DNA of 64,000 nucleotides, taken from contig CAWCBP010000008.1 in assembly GCA_963793865.1 (NCBI GenBank), positions 320,001 through 384,000 on the forward strand, given 5' to 3'. The DNA is from an uncultured delta proteobacterium (GTDB lineage: Bacteria > Desulfobacterota > WTBG01). This document shows positions 10,816 through 20,315 of this stretch, piece after piece (the first letter of the stretch is position 1; each line of letters begins with the position of its first letter). The notes below the pieces were generated by a model that did not search any database, was not told the DNA's origin, and saw only the letters and a program-made list of their open reading frames with translations. The position numbers and the translations under genes are program-made.

Positions 10816-10842
10816 GGTGAAGAACATTTTGATCAAGGGGGG

Positions 10843-12678
10843 ATGAGCATGAGAAGAATATATGGAATTGTAGCCACAGTACTGTTCGTGAGTGGGGCGC
10901 TGTTGAGTCAGGCCTTTGGGCAGCCATTTGATTTTGGTGACGCGCCGGAAGGCGCGCCTGCCTATCCTTCTTCGGGTGGGATGGGAATGTTTCCTACCTG
11001 CACAATGATTGGACCTGCTGGATGGATCCAGCACACCAATTTCGGTGGCTGGTTCGGACCGGCAGTCGATTTCGAACCTGATGGAAATGCCGGCTTTTGT
11101 CCACCCTCCGGCTTTCCCCCTTATGATCAGGACGAATGCTTTGCCGATGGTGATGCCGGGCTTATCATACCACCCGCATACACCATTGTCGGCGGAGTTG
11201 AGGTTCTTTGCCCTACAGCAACAGCCGGTTCCCTGGGAACAATCTGTCAGGCGGCTATCTGGGGTGGGAATGTTGATATCATTGTGCACAACTGGATGCC
11301 TAATCATCCTCCATATGTTTCTGCGTATGTCAATGTGCTCATGGACTGGGATCAGAATGGTGTGTGGGGCGGTGCTTCGACCTGTCCCCTGGGAAGCGCT
11401 CCGGAGCACATACTGGTTAACTTTGTGGTGCCACCCCAATTCGATGGACCACTCTCGGCTCTCGGGCCGCCGGGCTTCCTCATCGGCCCCAACCCGGGTT
11501 TTGTCTGGACACGATTCACTATCAGTGAAAAAGCTGTGGGTCTGCCCTGGACCGGTGAAGGAATGTTTGAGGATGGAGAATCTGAGGATTACTTACTGCG
11601 CATTGACCCGGCAGCGCAACCTACCATGCTACCTGTCATAACCGAGTGTCCTGTGGTTGCAACCGAATGTCCGGTTGGAGAAACCACCTGCCCGGTGGAA
11701 CAAACCTCTTGTCCTGTTGAACAAACGCACTGTCCGGTGGAACAGACCTTATGCCCGGTGATCAATACCCAATGTCCTGCACAACCGGAACCGACCATAT
11801 GTCCGGAAGCGGCAACCCAGTGTCCTGTGGTAGAGACTGAATGCCCGACACAGGAGACTATATGTCCCCTGGTGCCGACCCATTGTCCTGAGGAGCTGAC
11901 GCTTTGTCCCAAGGATCCGCCGTTCTGTCCCCCCGAGGAATTCACGATTTGGCCGGCAATACCGACCCAGTGTCCTGTGATATTGACAGCGTGTCCCATC
12001 GGTCCGACCTTTTGTCCTGATCCTCCTACTGCGTGTCCAATTACGCCAACCTGGTGTCCTCCGGTGGAGACGCAATGTCCCGTGGAGCCGGTTTTCACGG
12101 TATGTCCGCTCAACGCCACCCAGTGTCCTGTTGAACCGACAAAATGTCCGCCCCAGTACACCAACTGTCCGGAAATTCCCACCGTGTGTCCTATTGGCGC
12201 CGGGGCTACGACATGTCCGGAGATTCCTACCCAATGTCCCGTGGTTCCGACGGTGTGCGCGGCCCAGGTGCCCACGGTCTGTCCGGTGGACCCGACCTAC
12301 TGTCCGCTCAGTGACGCTGACGCTGACGGCGTTCCGGATTGCAGCGACAACTGTCCCACTAAATATAACCCGGGACAGCAAGACAGCTATCCACCGGGCG
12401 GGAACGGGTGCGGTGATGCCTGTGAGTGCGAAGGCAACTTCGATGATGACTATGATCAAGACGGGAGTGATGCGTCAACCTTCAAGGTGGATTTCGGCAG
12501 AAGCAAAATCAGCGGCTACCCTTGTACCAGCGCCCTTCCCTGCAATGGTGACTTTGAGTGCGATACCGATGTGGATGGAAGCAACGCATCAATGTTCAAG
12601 GTGGATTTCGGCAGAAGTAAAATCAGCGGCAACCCCTGTCCCATTTGCCCAACGAACCCGTGGTGCGTGTATCCCTAA
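10843..12678 (+). CDS. Secreted GEVED-like domain + ~31 TxCP heptad repeats + TSP3-like + dockerin-like tail
   Basis: Signal peptide, DFGDAP...WDQNG...RF...GESEDY (GEVED-like), repeat tract, then DADGVPDCSDNCP and CECEGNFD...FKVDFGR twice. Confidence 0.8.
   Translation: MSMRRIYGIVATVLFVSGALLSQAFGQPFDFGDAPEGAPAYPSSGGMGMFPTCTMIGPAGWIQHTNFGGWFGPAVDFEPDGNAGFCPPSGFPPYDQDECFADGDAGLIIPPAYTIVGGVEVLCPTATAGSLGTICQAAIWGGNVDIIVHNWMPNHPPYVSAYVNVLMDWDQNGVWGGASTCPLGSAPEHILVNFVVPPQFDGPLSALGPPGFLIGPNPGFVWTRFTISEKAVGLPWTGEGMFEDGESEDYLLRIDPAAQPTMLPVITECPVVATECPVGETTCPVEQTSCPVEQTHCPVEQTLCPVINTQCPAQPEPTICPEAATQCPVVETECPTQETICPLVPTHCPEELTLCPKDPPFCPPEEFTIWPAIPTQCPVILTACPIGPTFCPDPPTACPITPTWCPPVETQCPVEPVFTVCPLNATQCPVEPTKCPPQYTNCPEIPTVCPIGAGATTCPEIPTQCPVVPTVCAAQVPTVCPVDPTYCPLSDADADGVPDCSDNCPTKYNPGQQDSYPPGGNGCGDACECEGNFDDDYDQDGSDASTFKVDFGRSKISGYPCTSALPCNGDFECDTDVDGSNASMFKVDFGRSKISGNPCPICPTNPWCVYP
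11638..12306 (+). repeat. Coding tandem repeat xxxTxCP (21-nt period, degenerate)
   Basis: 29 CP dipeptides, 28 of them TxCP, plus TIWP and TVCA variants. Confidence 0.9.
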
Positions 12679-12721
12679 AGCAGGTGTTTTGCTTTAAGTG
12701 AATCGAATTACTGAGTACCGG

Positions 12722-12762
12722 ACAAGAGATGAGAATCTGATTATTTTCATCTCTTGTTTTTT
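12722..12762 (+). terminator. Intrinsic terminator
   Basis: ACAAGAGATGAGAAT...ATTTTCATCTCTTGT followed by a T-run. Confidence 0.7.
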
Positions 12763-12964
12763 ATGGCCATGACGGAGCATGGCCCTCCATTTTTATTGGA
12801 TGCTGCGATCAAGTCGCAGGATGACCCGCTTATGTATACATACAAAAAACAGGGGTAAGAAATGAGCTGATTTTTATAAATATTCTTAAATGTTTATTGA
12901 CGATTTACCGAATAGATTCTGCAGGCGCAGATCTTGAATTTCTCTCTCAGAAACATTGATAACA

Positions 12965-13016
12965 GGTAGGAGCGGCTTTAAGCCGCGAATGCATCGCGCC
13001 TGGAGGCGCTCCTACC
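12965..13016. repeat. GTAG-type REP doublet, family 2
   Basis: GGTAGGAGCGGCTTTAAGCCGCGA...TCGCGCCTGGAGGCGCTCCTACC. Confidence 0.85.
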
Positions 13017-13131
13017 GACATTTTAAATATCATTGCCTTGTTCTGACAGCAAACAAATGGCGCCAGTCATCCTGCGACCTGATCGCAGGATCCAATCAAA
13101 TCTGTATGTGTCAAAGCACGGGAACCTGCGC

Positions 13132-15176
13132 ATGAACATTACCGGTTCGCTTTTAAAATTCTGTTTAACCTTCACAATTGCATTTCTCATATCCTGTGCC
13201 GGTGCCTCCGCATTCGCGGGGAGCATGTGTGTTGAACTGACGGAGTCAAACAGGCTGCCTGACGGTCAAGAGTACGCCGCCGTTACCTTAAGCTACATTT
13301 ATAATGGCGACAAGAGAGGGGTGAGAATGACCGTAAAGGAGAACGAGGACATTCTTTTACCCCGAAAATATTTTGGCATCCGGAGGTTCGGTTTCAACAC
13401 CACCCTGGCTAATCCGGCAAAAAACCTGAAGATTAAAGTTCCCCGCGAATGGACCCGAAGGTTTAAGCGCTTCAGTTATGGCACATTCGGCCAGTTTGAA
13501 GTGAACGTCAGCAGGCGGGTTCCTTCCCTGGGGAAGATCTATAAACGGGTAACCCCGCTTATCATGGATATTTACTACCGCAGTGGAGATTTATCCTATA
13601 ACGATTTCATAGTGGAAAATAAAAAAGGGTACAATTTCGCCGCACTGATTGCAAACTATACGTACGATGACAAATACAACCCGGGTGCCTGTTTTGCCAC
13701 AGAAGAAAAGCCCTATGCCTGTGAAAAACCGTCCACCACAACGACCATCATTAAGCCTTATACAACCACAACAACCGGACCGGGAAGCACCACAACAGCC
13801 AAGCCTTCTTCAACCACGACATCCAAACCGGTCAGTACATCCACCGTAAAGCCATCCTCGACCACCACATCAAAACCGTTGAGCACCACCACTGTTAAAC
13901 CAACGACGACGAGCACGGTTCCGGCCACCACAACATCCGTCCTGACGACGACCAGCTCGCTTCCGACGAGCACGGTTCCGGTTACAACCTCCTCGATGCC
14001 GTCGACCACCAGTTCCCAGCCGGTGATCACTACCATCAGTGCCGATCAACAACCACTTCACAGCCCTCAACCACCAGCACGCAGTTGACCACCACCACCT
14101 CGGTGCCCTCTATCTGCACGGGGGAGATTTACGAGGGCGGCACCTGTGACCTGGGGCTGCCCATTGACGACCCGGCCTATAACCGCCCGGGCAGGAGGGG
14201 GCTCGCGCTTACCTGCGAGGACATTGTGGACTTCTGCGTCTGCACCGACTGCGTGAATCTTGATCCGGCATGCTTGGCCTGGGCGATAGATCCCGCGGAG
14301 CCGTATTTGAGCATCGTCGCCAACCCCAACGGGAGCGCGCGGCTGACGGTGGGAGAATCCTGCGACCAGCTTGAGGAGATCAGGGAGTACACGGTGACGG
14401 TGACCGATACTTGTAATGGCTGGTCGGACAGCGTGGTGCTTGAGCTGGGCAAGGTGACCATCGACGTTCAGGATGTCAGCGTGAAGAAGGGGAGTGGATC
14501 CTTTAAGGTGCCGGTGAGTCTTGTCAATCGTTACAACGCGGTTCGGGCGATGAGCGTTGATATCTGCGAATGTGACGGGGGTAGTGACGGAATAGTGTGC
14601 GACAGCTGCAGCATCGATCCCGCGCGCGCGCTTGAGTTCAACTGCTCGGCGCATGAAACAGCCGACGGCTGCTGCAGGGTGGTGCTGTATTCCACCAATC
14701 CCGCCGCCTTTATTTTGCGAGGGGCAGGGACAGTGTTAAACGTAGTCTATGAAGCCGAGGAGGCTTTTGAGGGCTGCAGCTGTCTGAGGCCGGTAAACAG
14801 GCAGGTCTCGGACCAGTTTAATGAGGAACTCTGTGCCTGCCAGTCACCGGGGGATGTTTGTTTCAAATCCTGCGGAGACATCTACCCCCAGGACTGTCTC
14901 GGTCCCGACTGCACACCCTGCGGAGATAACGTGGTTAATCTTTTGGATATACTGGAGGCAGTTGATATCGTTCTGGGCTATCAAACTCCGACTGCCTGCC
15001 AGCTTGATCACGGCGATGTGCCTAACGGCAAGCCGCCTTATTGCGGAAACCCCGCGGGTACCCTCAACTGTGCTTCGGACGGGGACATTGACGTGCTCGA
15101 TCTCCTGGTCATTATTGACATGGCGCAGGGCAGGGCCAACTGCTGCGATTTTTGTCTGTTTAAGAAGATTTTTTAG
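13132..15176 (+). CDS. Secreted protein: unknown basic N-domain + Thr/Ser/Pro-rich linker + Ig-like + cohesin-like (class B) + classical-type dockerin; one frameshift at ~14043
   Basis: Signal peptide MNITG...SAFA. The T-rich tract continues across the frame change into ORF 14085-15176. VPVSLVN...DICEC...FNCSAHE..DGCCRVVLYS, then GDNVVNLLDIL and DGDIDVLDLL. Confidence 0.7.
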
Positions 15177-15202
15177 CGAGGGTAGGGTTGAGATAATTTT
15201 TT

Positions 15203-15570
15203 GTCATCCTGCGACTTGATCGCAGGATCCAATAAAAAAAACTGGATTCTGCGGTCGAGCCGCAGAATGACCCGGTAGGAGCGGCTTCAGCCGCGAAGGA
15301 CATACCTGTCTTGAATGGACGCGCTCAGTCGCGTCCTCTTATTTTATGCGGCCACGACGAAGCGTGGCCCTCCATTGATCCACATTATTATTCTCTCGGC
15401 CTTTTTAACCTGCGGTAGGAGCGGCTTCAGCCGCGAAGTATGTTGCCTGGCCTGTCACACCGAATGAGCCTCACCCTTATCCTCCTCCCTCCTTCAGCCT
15501 ACTCCTTCTGCCTCCTCCTTCAGCCTCCCCTGCCTGTCATTTCGAAGGAGCTTTGGCGACTGAGAAATCT
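15203..15570. repeat. Cluster of several REP-like palindromic families
   Basis: GTCATCCTGCGACTTGATCGCAGGATCC (also ~13066 and reversed ~12800), GTAGGAGCGG twice, GCGGCCACGACGAAGCGTGGCCCTCC (also ~12763, ~35095) and GTCATTTCGAAGGA...GACTGAGAAATCT (also ~18919 and reversed ~20220). Confidence 0.75.
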
Positions 15571-15775
15571 TAAAAATGCCCGAGGCAGGCCTGCTACTAG
15601 GTTTTTGACCGGCAACTACTTATTTTGCATGATGATTTTTTTGAGTCGCTGACATAATTTAGCTTGACTAAATTTTTTATGAAATATAGTATTAATCGAT
15701 TTTTTTAAAATATACTTTTAAATCCGACAGGTCATTTTAAAACCGAAACATTAATTGAGAAAGAGGAGGGTGGTT

Positions 15776-17478
15776 ATGCTGAAGAAACTATCAATTTTAT
15801 GTGCAGTCATGTTTGCTTTTGGGCTGATGGCAGGCTCTGTTTATGCCCAGAGCTACTGCCAGGATGTTTTGGAGGCAGGGAATCCCGGCGGCATTACAAC
15901 CGGTCTTAAGACATGTGATACAGTTAATCCGGTAACGCTTAATCCAGGTGATACATTTTCCATTGACATCTGGGCAGCCGATATACCTGAGTCAATTATC
16001 TCCAGTGGATTTGAGATGCTTTACAATCCGGCCCAGGTAAGTCTCGTAAGCGTTCAGGCTTATGATGGTGTTGACATAGCCGGTCCTTGGGATGGAACAG
16101 CTACCCTTAAGATACCTGATGCTTATGGACCCGGTTCCTATGTACTGGCATTGGTACAGTTAGGTACCTGCCCGGTACCTGATGCCGGTGGTGACGTTAT
16201 CATAGCCAAGGTAACCTTCCAGTGCCTCGCAAATGGTAGCGGTGACATTTCTGTCAAAGGAATAACCGATTTTGATACAACGGTAGGGTGCACCAGCGGT
16301 ATAGTATACGATGCTACAATGGGCACCAATACACTTAATGTCACCATAGAAGCAGAAGGGTGTACTGTTGATGCAGAATGTGAAGACACACTATATTGCA
16401 ATGGCGCTGAAACATGCAATACCGTTACCGGACTCTGTGAGCCCGGCACGCCACCAAGCTGTGATGATGGGGTAGCTTGTACTACTGATGCATGCACTGA
16501 GGGTATAGACGAATACATCTGTACCCACACACCCATTAGATACAGTGTGTGACGATGGTCTCTACTGTAACGGAATCGAGACCTGTGATGTAGCGGCTGG
16601 TTGCCTGCCCGGCACACCGGTTTTCTGTCAGGATGATGGCCTTTTCTGCAACGGTGAAGAAATTTGCGATGATGTGCAGGACATTGTGTCATCCTGGAAA
16701 TCCCTGTTCTTCAGCCGGAGCCTGTGATGAGGAAACCAATACATGCATTTGCATATTATCAATAGATCCACCTTCAGCTAACGTGCAATTCCAGGGTACA
16801 ATTCAGTTCAATGCTGTTGCCAGCGAAGAGTGTGCTGCACCCAGCTATACGTGGGAAATTTCTGCAGGACGGTTGTACGGGAGAAACAACGGGAAGTGCT
16901 ATTGGCGGTGCCATCAATGCTAATGGTCTTTACACAGCAGGTGATACCGAAGGTACAGACCTTATCAGAGTAATCGATGTGAATAATGATAATATCTGTG
17001 CCACCGCTGAAGTGAATGTTTCCGCAAGCACAACCACAACAACCTCCGTCAGGCCGACGACAACAACCTCAACACCTACCACGACCACAACCGTTGAGCC
17101 GACGACCACGACTACCACAATCGGGCCGACGACCACGACCACCTCTATCCCCGGGGTAGTGCCAGCATCGACCTGAGGCCGGATTCAGTGTTCCAGTCGA
17201 GATGGTTCTTCTTGCCGCGGTTTTTAAGAATTGAGGGAACTAATACCAATTTTGTGCGCCGTCAAACAGCGGTGGCCTTCCAGCCAGCCAACGCAATATT
17301 GAAGTTTCGTCCTGTTGTGTTGGATAGTGATACTATCGTGATGTTGGTCATCATTATGCCAAGGTGGCTGACCGGGGAGGTTGACAGTGTTGAGGTGACG
17401 GCAATCACGGGGTCCGAATCGGCATCCGGTGAACTGGGTATTGAGTTACTCCCCTTCTTCCTGGAAGAAAAGCAGTGA
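15776..17478 (+). CDS. Secreted scaffoldin-like protein: cohesin-like (class A) + Cys-rich CDDGLYCNG repeats + Ig-like + Thr-rich linker + conserved C-terminal domain; ~4 frameshifts
   Basis: GGAGG RBS and signal peptide. The N-domain is clearly homologous to that of 223-2842 (GNPGG..GLKT, YDG...GPWD, DFDT). ORFs join at ~16537, ~16687, ~16862 and ~17155, with bridging peptide SASIDLRPDSVFQSRW. Confidence 0.72.
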
Positions 17479-17546
17479 GGAATGGAGTGCGGAAGAAGTC
17501 ACCGGTAAAACCCGTGATTTTATAAATTTGTAAATAAAACAAAACG

Positions 17547-17589
17547 ATAACCACGAAGATGTTAAAAAAAGCATCTTCGTGGTTATTTG
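17547..17589 (+). terminator. Hairpin, probable terminator
   Basis: ATAACCACGAAGATG...CATCTTCGTGGTTAT-TTG. Confidence 0.7.
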
Positions 17590-17685
17590 TTAGATATAAT
17601 TAAAGTACAAAGCGTTTAAATACGATATATAATTGAAAAAAAGCCGCTCTAAACCATTTTTAAACCTGTTTCAAGGAGGAGGTAC

Positions 17686-18804
17686 ATGAAAAGAAACAAA
17701 ACGCTGCTATGCCTGTTAATCATGACATTTTTTATGGGTAGCTTCCTGTTGGTCCCGTATCTGAATGCGGAGGAGCCCAAGATCAATGTTACCATAACCC
17801 CAAAGTCAGAAGCAAAAACACCGAAGGCAGAAACTCCTAAAGCTGTAAGCACAAAGGGCAAAACATCAGGAGAGAATCAGCCCGTCATATCTATCGATGC
17901 GAGGCTATATGACGCCGGAGAAGTATGGGAAGGGGATATGGTAACACACAGCTTTATTGTTAAAAATACGGGAAAAGGTGAGCTGAACATTGCCAATGTC
18001 AAGCCCGGGTGAGGCTGCACCGTAGCCGATTTTGACAAGGCTATCGCCCCCGGTCGGGAAGGCAAAATAACATTAAAGCTCAATACAAGCAGAAGGCAGG
18101 GCAAGCTCACAAAAACAGCTGTGGTCACCTCAAATGATCCGAACACGCCAAGTACCAGCGTAACGCTGGCCTGTTTCATAAAAGAACATATCAGCATTAA
18201 ACCCAACAACCGGTTTAACCTTACGGGGTATGAAGGCGACGAGTTGAGTCAAAAACTGACCATTACCGCGACAGAAGGCCAGGAGTTTGACATAAAGGAA
18301 GTAAAGACAGATCTGACGGATAAGATCAAATATAAGCTGGAAACTGTCCAAAAGGGGAAAGAATACACTCTGGAAGTTACGAGCCTTACCCGGAAAGAAA
18401 GTTTCGTTCGTGGGCAGATAGAGATCAGTACCACCAGCCAGAAGAAACCCCTCATAGTCCTACCGGTCTTTGTTAAGATCCAAAGCGAAGTCGAGGTGAA
18501 GCCAGCTTCCCTCTACTTCGGCAAAATCGATACAGCCGGCGGGCCGGTCAATCCTGAGATCCTTACCAAGTCCGTGGTGATTAAAATGGCCCGGGGGAAG
18601 GAGCTGGGCATCAAGAAGGTCAGTGGAAGCAGCAACTGGATTAAAACAGAGACGAAAACGGATGAAAAGGGCGTCCAGTATACTGTGGCTATTACTCTCA
18701 ACAAGGATAAAATGCCCAGGGGGAAATTTGACGAAAAAGTTGAAATAAAGACCAACAAGAAGGACGAGCCGTTAATAGTAAGCATTAAAGGTGAAGTCAT
18801 GTAG
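17686..18804 (+). CDS. DUF1573-like exported protein, probable selenoprotein (UGA at 18010-18012, motif KPG-U-GCT)
   Basis: ORFs 17686-18012 and 18121-18804 are in the same frame. Read-through gives VKPG*GCTVADFDKAIAPGREGKITLKLNT, matching the DUF1573 'CGCT...I.PG..G.I' pattern. Confidence 0.85.
18022..18044 (+). promoter_or_regulatory. Candidate bacterial SECIS hairpin
   Basis: GTAGCC-gattttgacaa-GGCTAT starts 9 nt after the UGA. It is 22/23 identical to the element after the UGA of the paralog. Confidence 0.6.
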
Positions 18805-18984
18805 GCTGGGAAGCAAAAACATATCAAAGATTTCTCGCTTCGCTTCGAAATGACAGAATAAAGAGCTCAGCATGACCCCGGTAGGAGCGGCATCAGCCGC
18901 GAATAATATTCACTGCTTGTCATTTCGAAGGAACGTGCGTGACTGAGAAATCTTTCATTTGCGAATTTTAAAAAAGGAGCATTA

Positions 18985-20154
18985 ATGATCAGCAGAAAAA
19001 CCAGAATGCCGTTAATGAGTTTGTTTGCAGCTTTGAGCCTTGCAACCCTGTTCCTTGCATCAACCGTGTGCGCGCAAGTGACGCTGACCGTTGGAAAGGG
19101 TTCCGCGCTGCCGGGGGCAACTGAAAGCGCTGTGCCGGTGAGCCTGGACAACCCCGGTAATAATATAGCCAGCGGGATGGAAATGACTATCTGTGATGCC
19201 AATAATTTTCTTGAATGTACCGGGTGTGAAACAACGGAGCGCACCACAGAATTTTCCTGTTTATTCAATGAATTAGGGGATGAACCGGATCCGCTAAAAG
19301 CCGGTTGCTGTAAGGTGGTACTCTTCAGCGTAAGCAGCGCAGACATTGAAACAGGTACCGGCCCCATATTCACTCTTTTGAATACCGTCAATAGCAGCGC
19401 GAGCGGTCAGACGTGCAAAGAATTGAGGATACTGGATGACGTGAAGATCGCAGATGCTTCCGGCCCGCAGATAATCCCGGAGCTGCAGCCAGGCGGGTTC
19501 TGCTTCCCCTGCAGCTCTGACGCAGATTGCGATGACGGGTTATATTGTACCGGTGAGGAAAGTTGTACAGGCGATGCCTGTGTGCCTGGTACGAATCCCT
19601 GCGCGGAAGGAACCGCTTGTGTCGAAGGCGCTGATGATTATGAGTGTGTTACGCCATCGACCACCACCACCGCAGGGCCATCGAGCACTACGACAACGGG
19701 GCCATCCACCACTACCACCACCACAGATTCAACGACCACTACCACCGGGCCATCCACCACAACCACGACGGTCTCCGGCGACGCGAGCATAGAGGTGATT
19801 TCGGATAATATTTGGAAATCCCGCTGGGTGGCGTTGCCGAAACTGCTGGTCATCGAAGGAAGCGGAACCAGCTTTCAGCCCTTTAAGACAACCGTTGCCT
19901 ATGATCCGCGGGATGCGGTGCTTAAACTGTTTCCCATAGTGCTGGGTGATAATTATATCTGGAACCTGATTCTGGTTATGCCCGGCTGGTTTGCGGGAAC
20001 AGGGGACCAGGAGGTGACGGTTACGGTCACCACGGGAGATGAAATCGTCAGCGATGATTTTCTGATACAGGAGCTTCCCTTTAAGCTTGATCGGAAGATA
20101 AAGCCCGTTAAAAGAAGGTTAATTCCCCCTCGAACCCCAGTCCGGGTCAGCTAG
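18985..20154 (+). CDS. Secreted protein: cohesin-like (class B) + Cys-rich repeat + Thr-rich linker + conserved C-terminal domain
   Basis: Signal peptide, VPVSLDN...TICD..N.LEC.GCE...FSC.FNEL...GCCKVVLFS, PSTTTT repeats and KSRWVALP...ELPF. Confidence 0.75.
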   Translation: MISRKTRMPLMSLFAALSLATLFLASTVCAQVTLTVGKGSALPGATESAVPVSLDNPGNNIASGMEMTICDANNFLECTGCETTERTTEFSCLFNELGDEPDPLKAGCCKVVLFSVSSADIETGTGPIFTLLNTVNSSASGQTCKELRILDDVKIADASGPQIIPELQPGGFCFPCSSDADCDDGLYCTGEESCTGDACVPGTNPCAEGTACVEGADDYECVTPSTTTTAGPSSTTTTGPSTTTTTTDSTTTTTGPSTTTTTVSGDASIEVISDNIWKSRWVALPKLLVIEGSGTSFQPFKTTVAYDPRDAVLKLFPIVLGDNYIWNLILVMPGWFAGTGDQEVTVTVTTGDEIVSDDFLIQELPFKLDRKIKPVKRRLIPPRTPVRVS

Positions 20155-20180
20155 AGCGCGAGTTGATGACCCCATGTATG

Positions 20181-20216
20181 TTTCCCTCAGGGAATTTATC
20201 CTGAGGGAAATTTTTT
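20181..20216 (+). terminator. Intrinsic terminator
   Basis: TTTCCCTCAGG...CCTGAGGGAAA-TTTTTT. Confidence 0.75.
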
Positions 20217-20315
20217 AAGATTTCTCAGTCGCGCTTCGCGCTCTTTCGAAATGACAGGTTAGGCCGCTCCTTTAAAAGATTTGACAAACAACTAGTGCTG
20301 CTTTAAAGATAAACC

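Noticed and set aside
11638..12306. CRISPR array or RiPP precursor
   Set aside because: The units are degenerate 21-nt coding repeats with no constant repeat and spacer. They lie inside a large secreted protein with no adjacent modifying enzyme.
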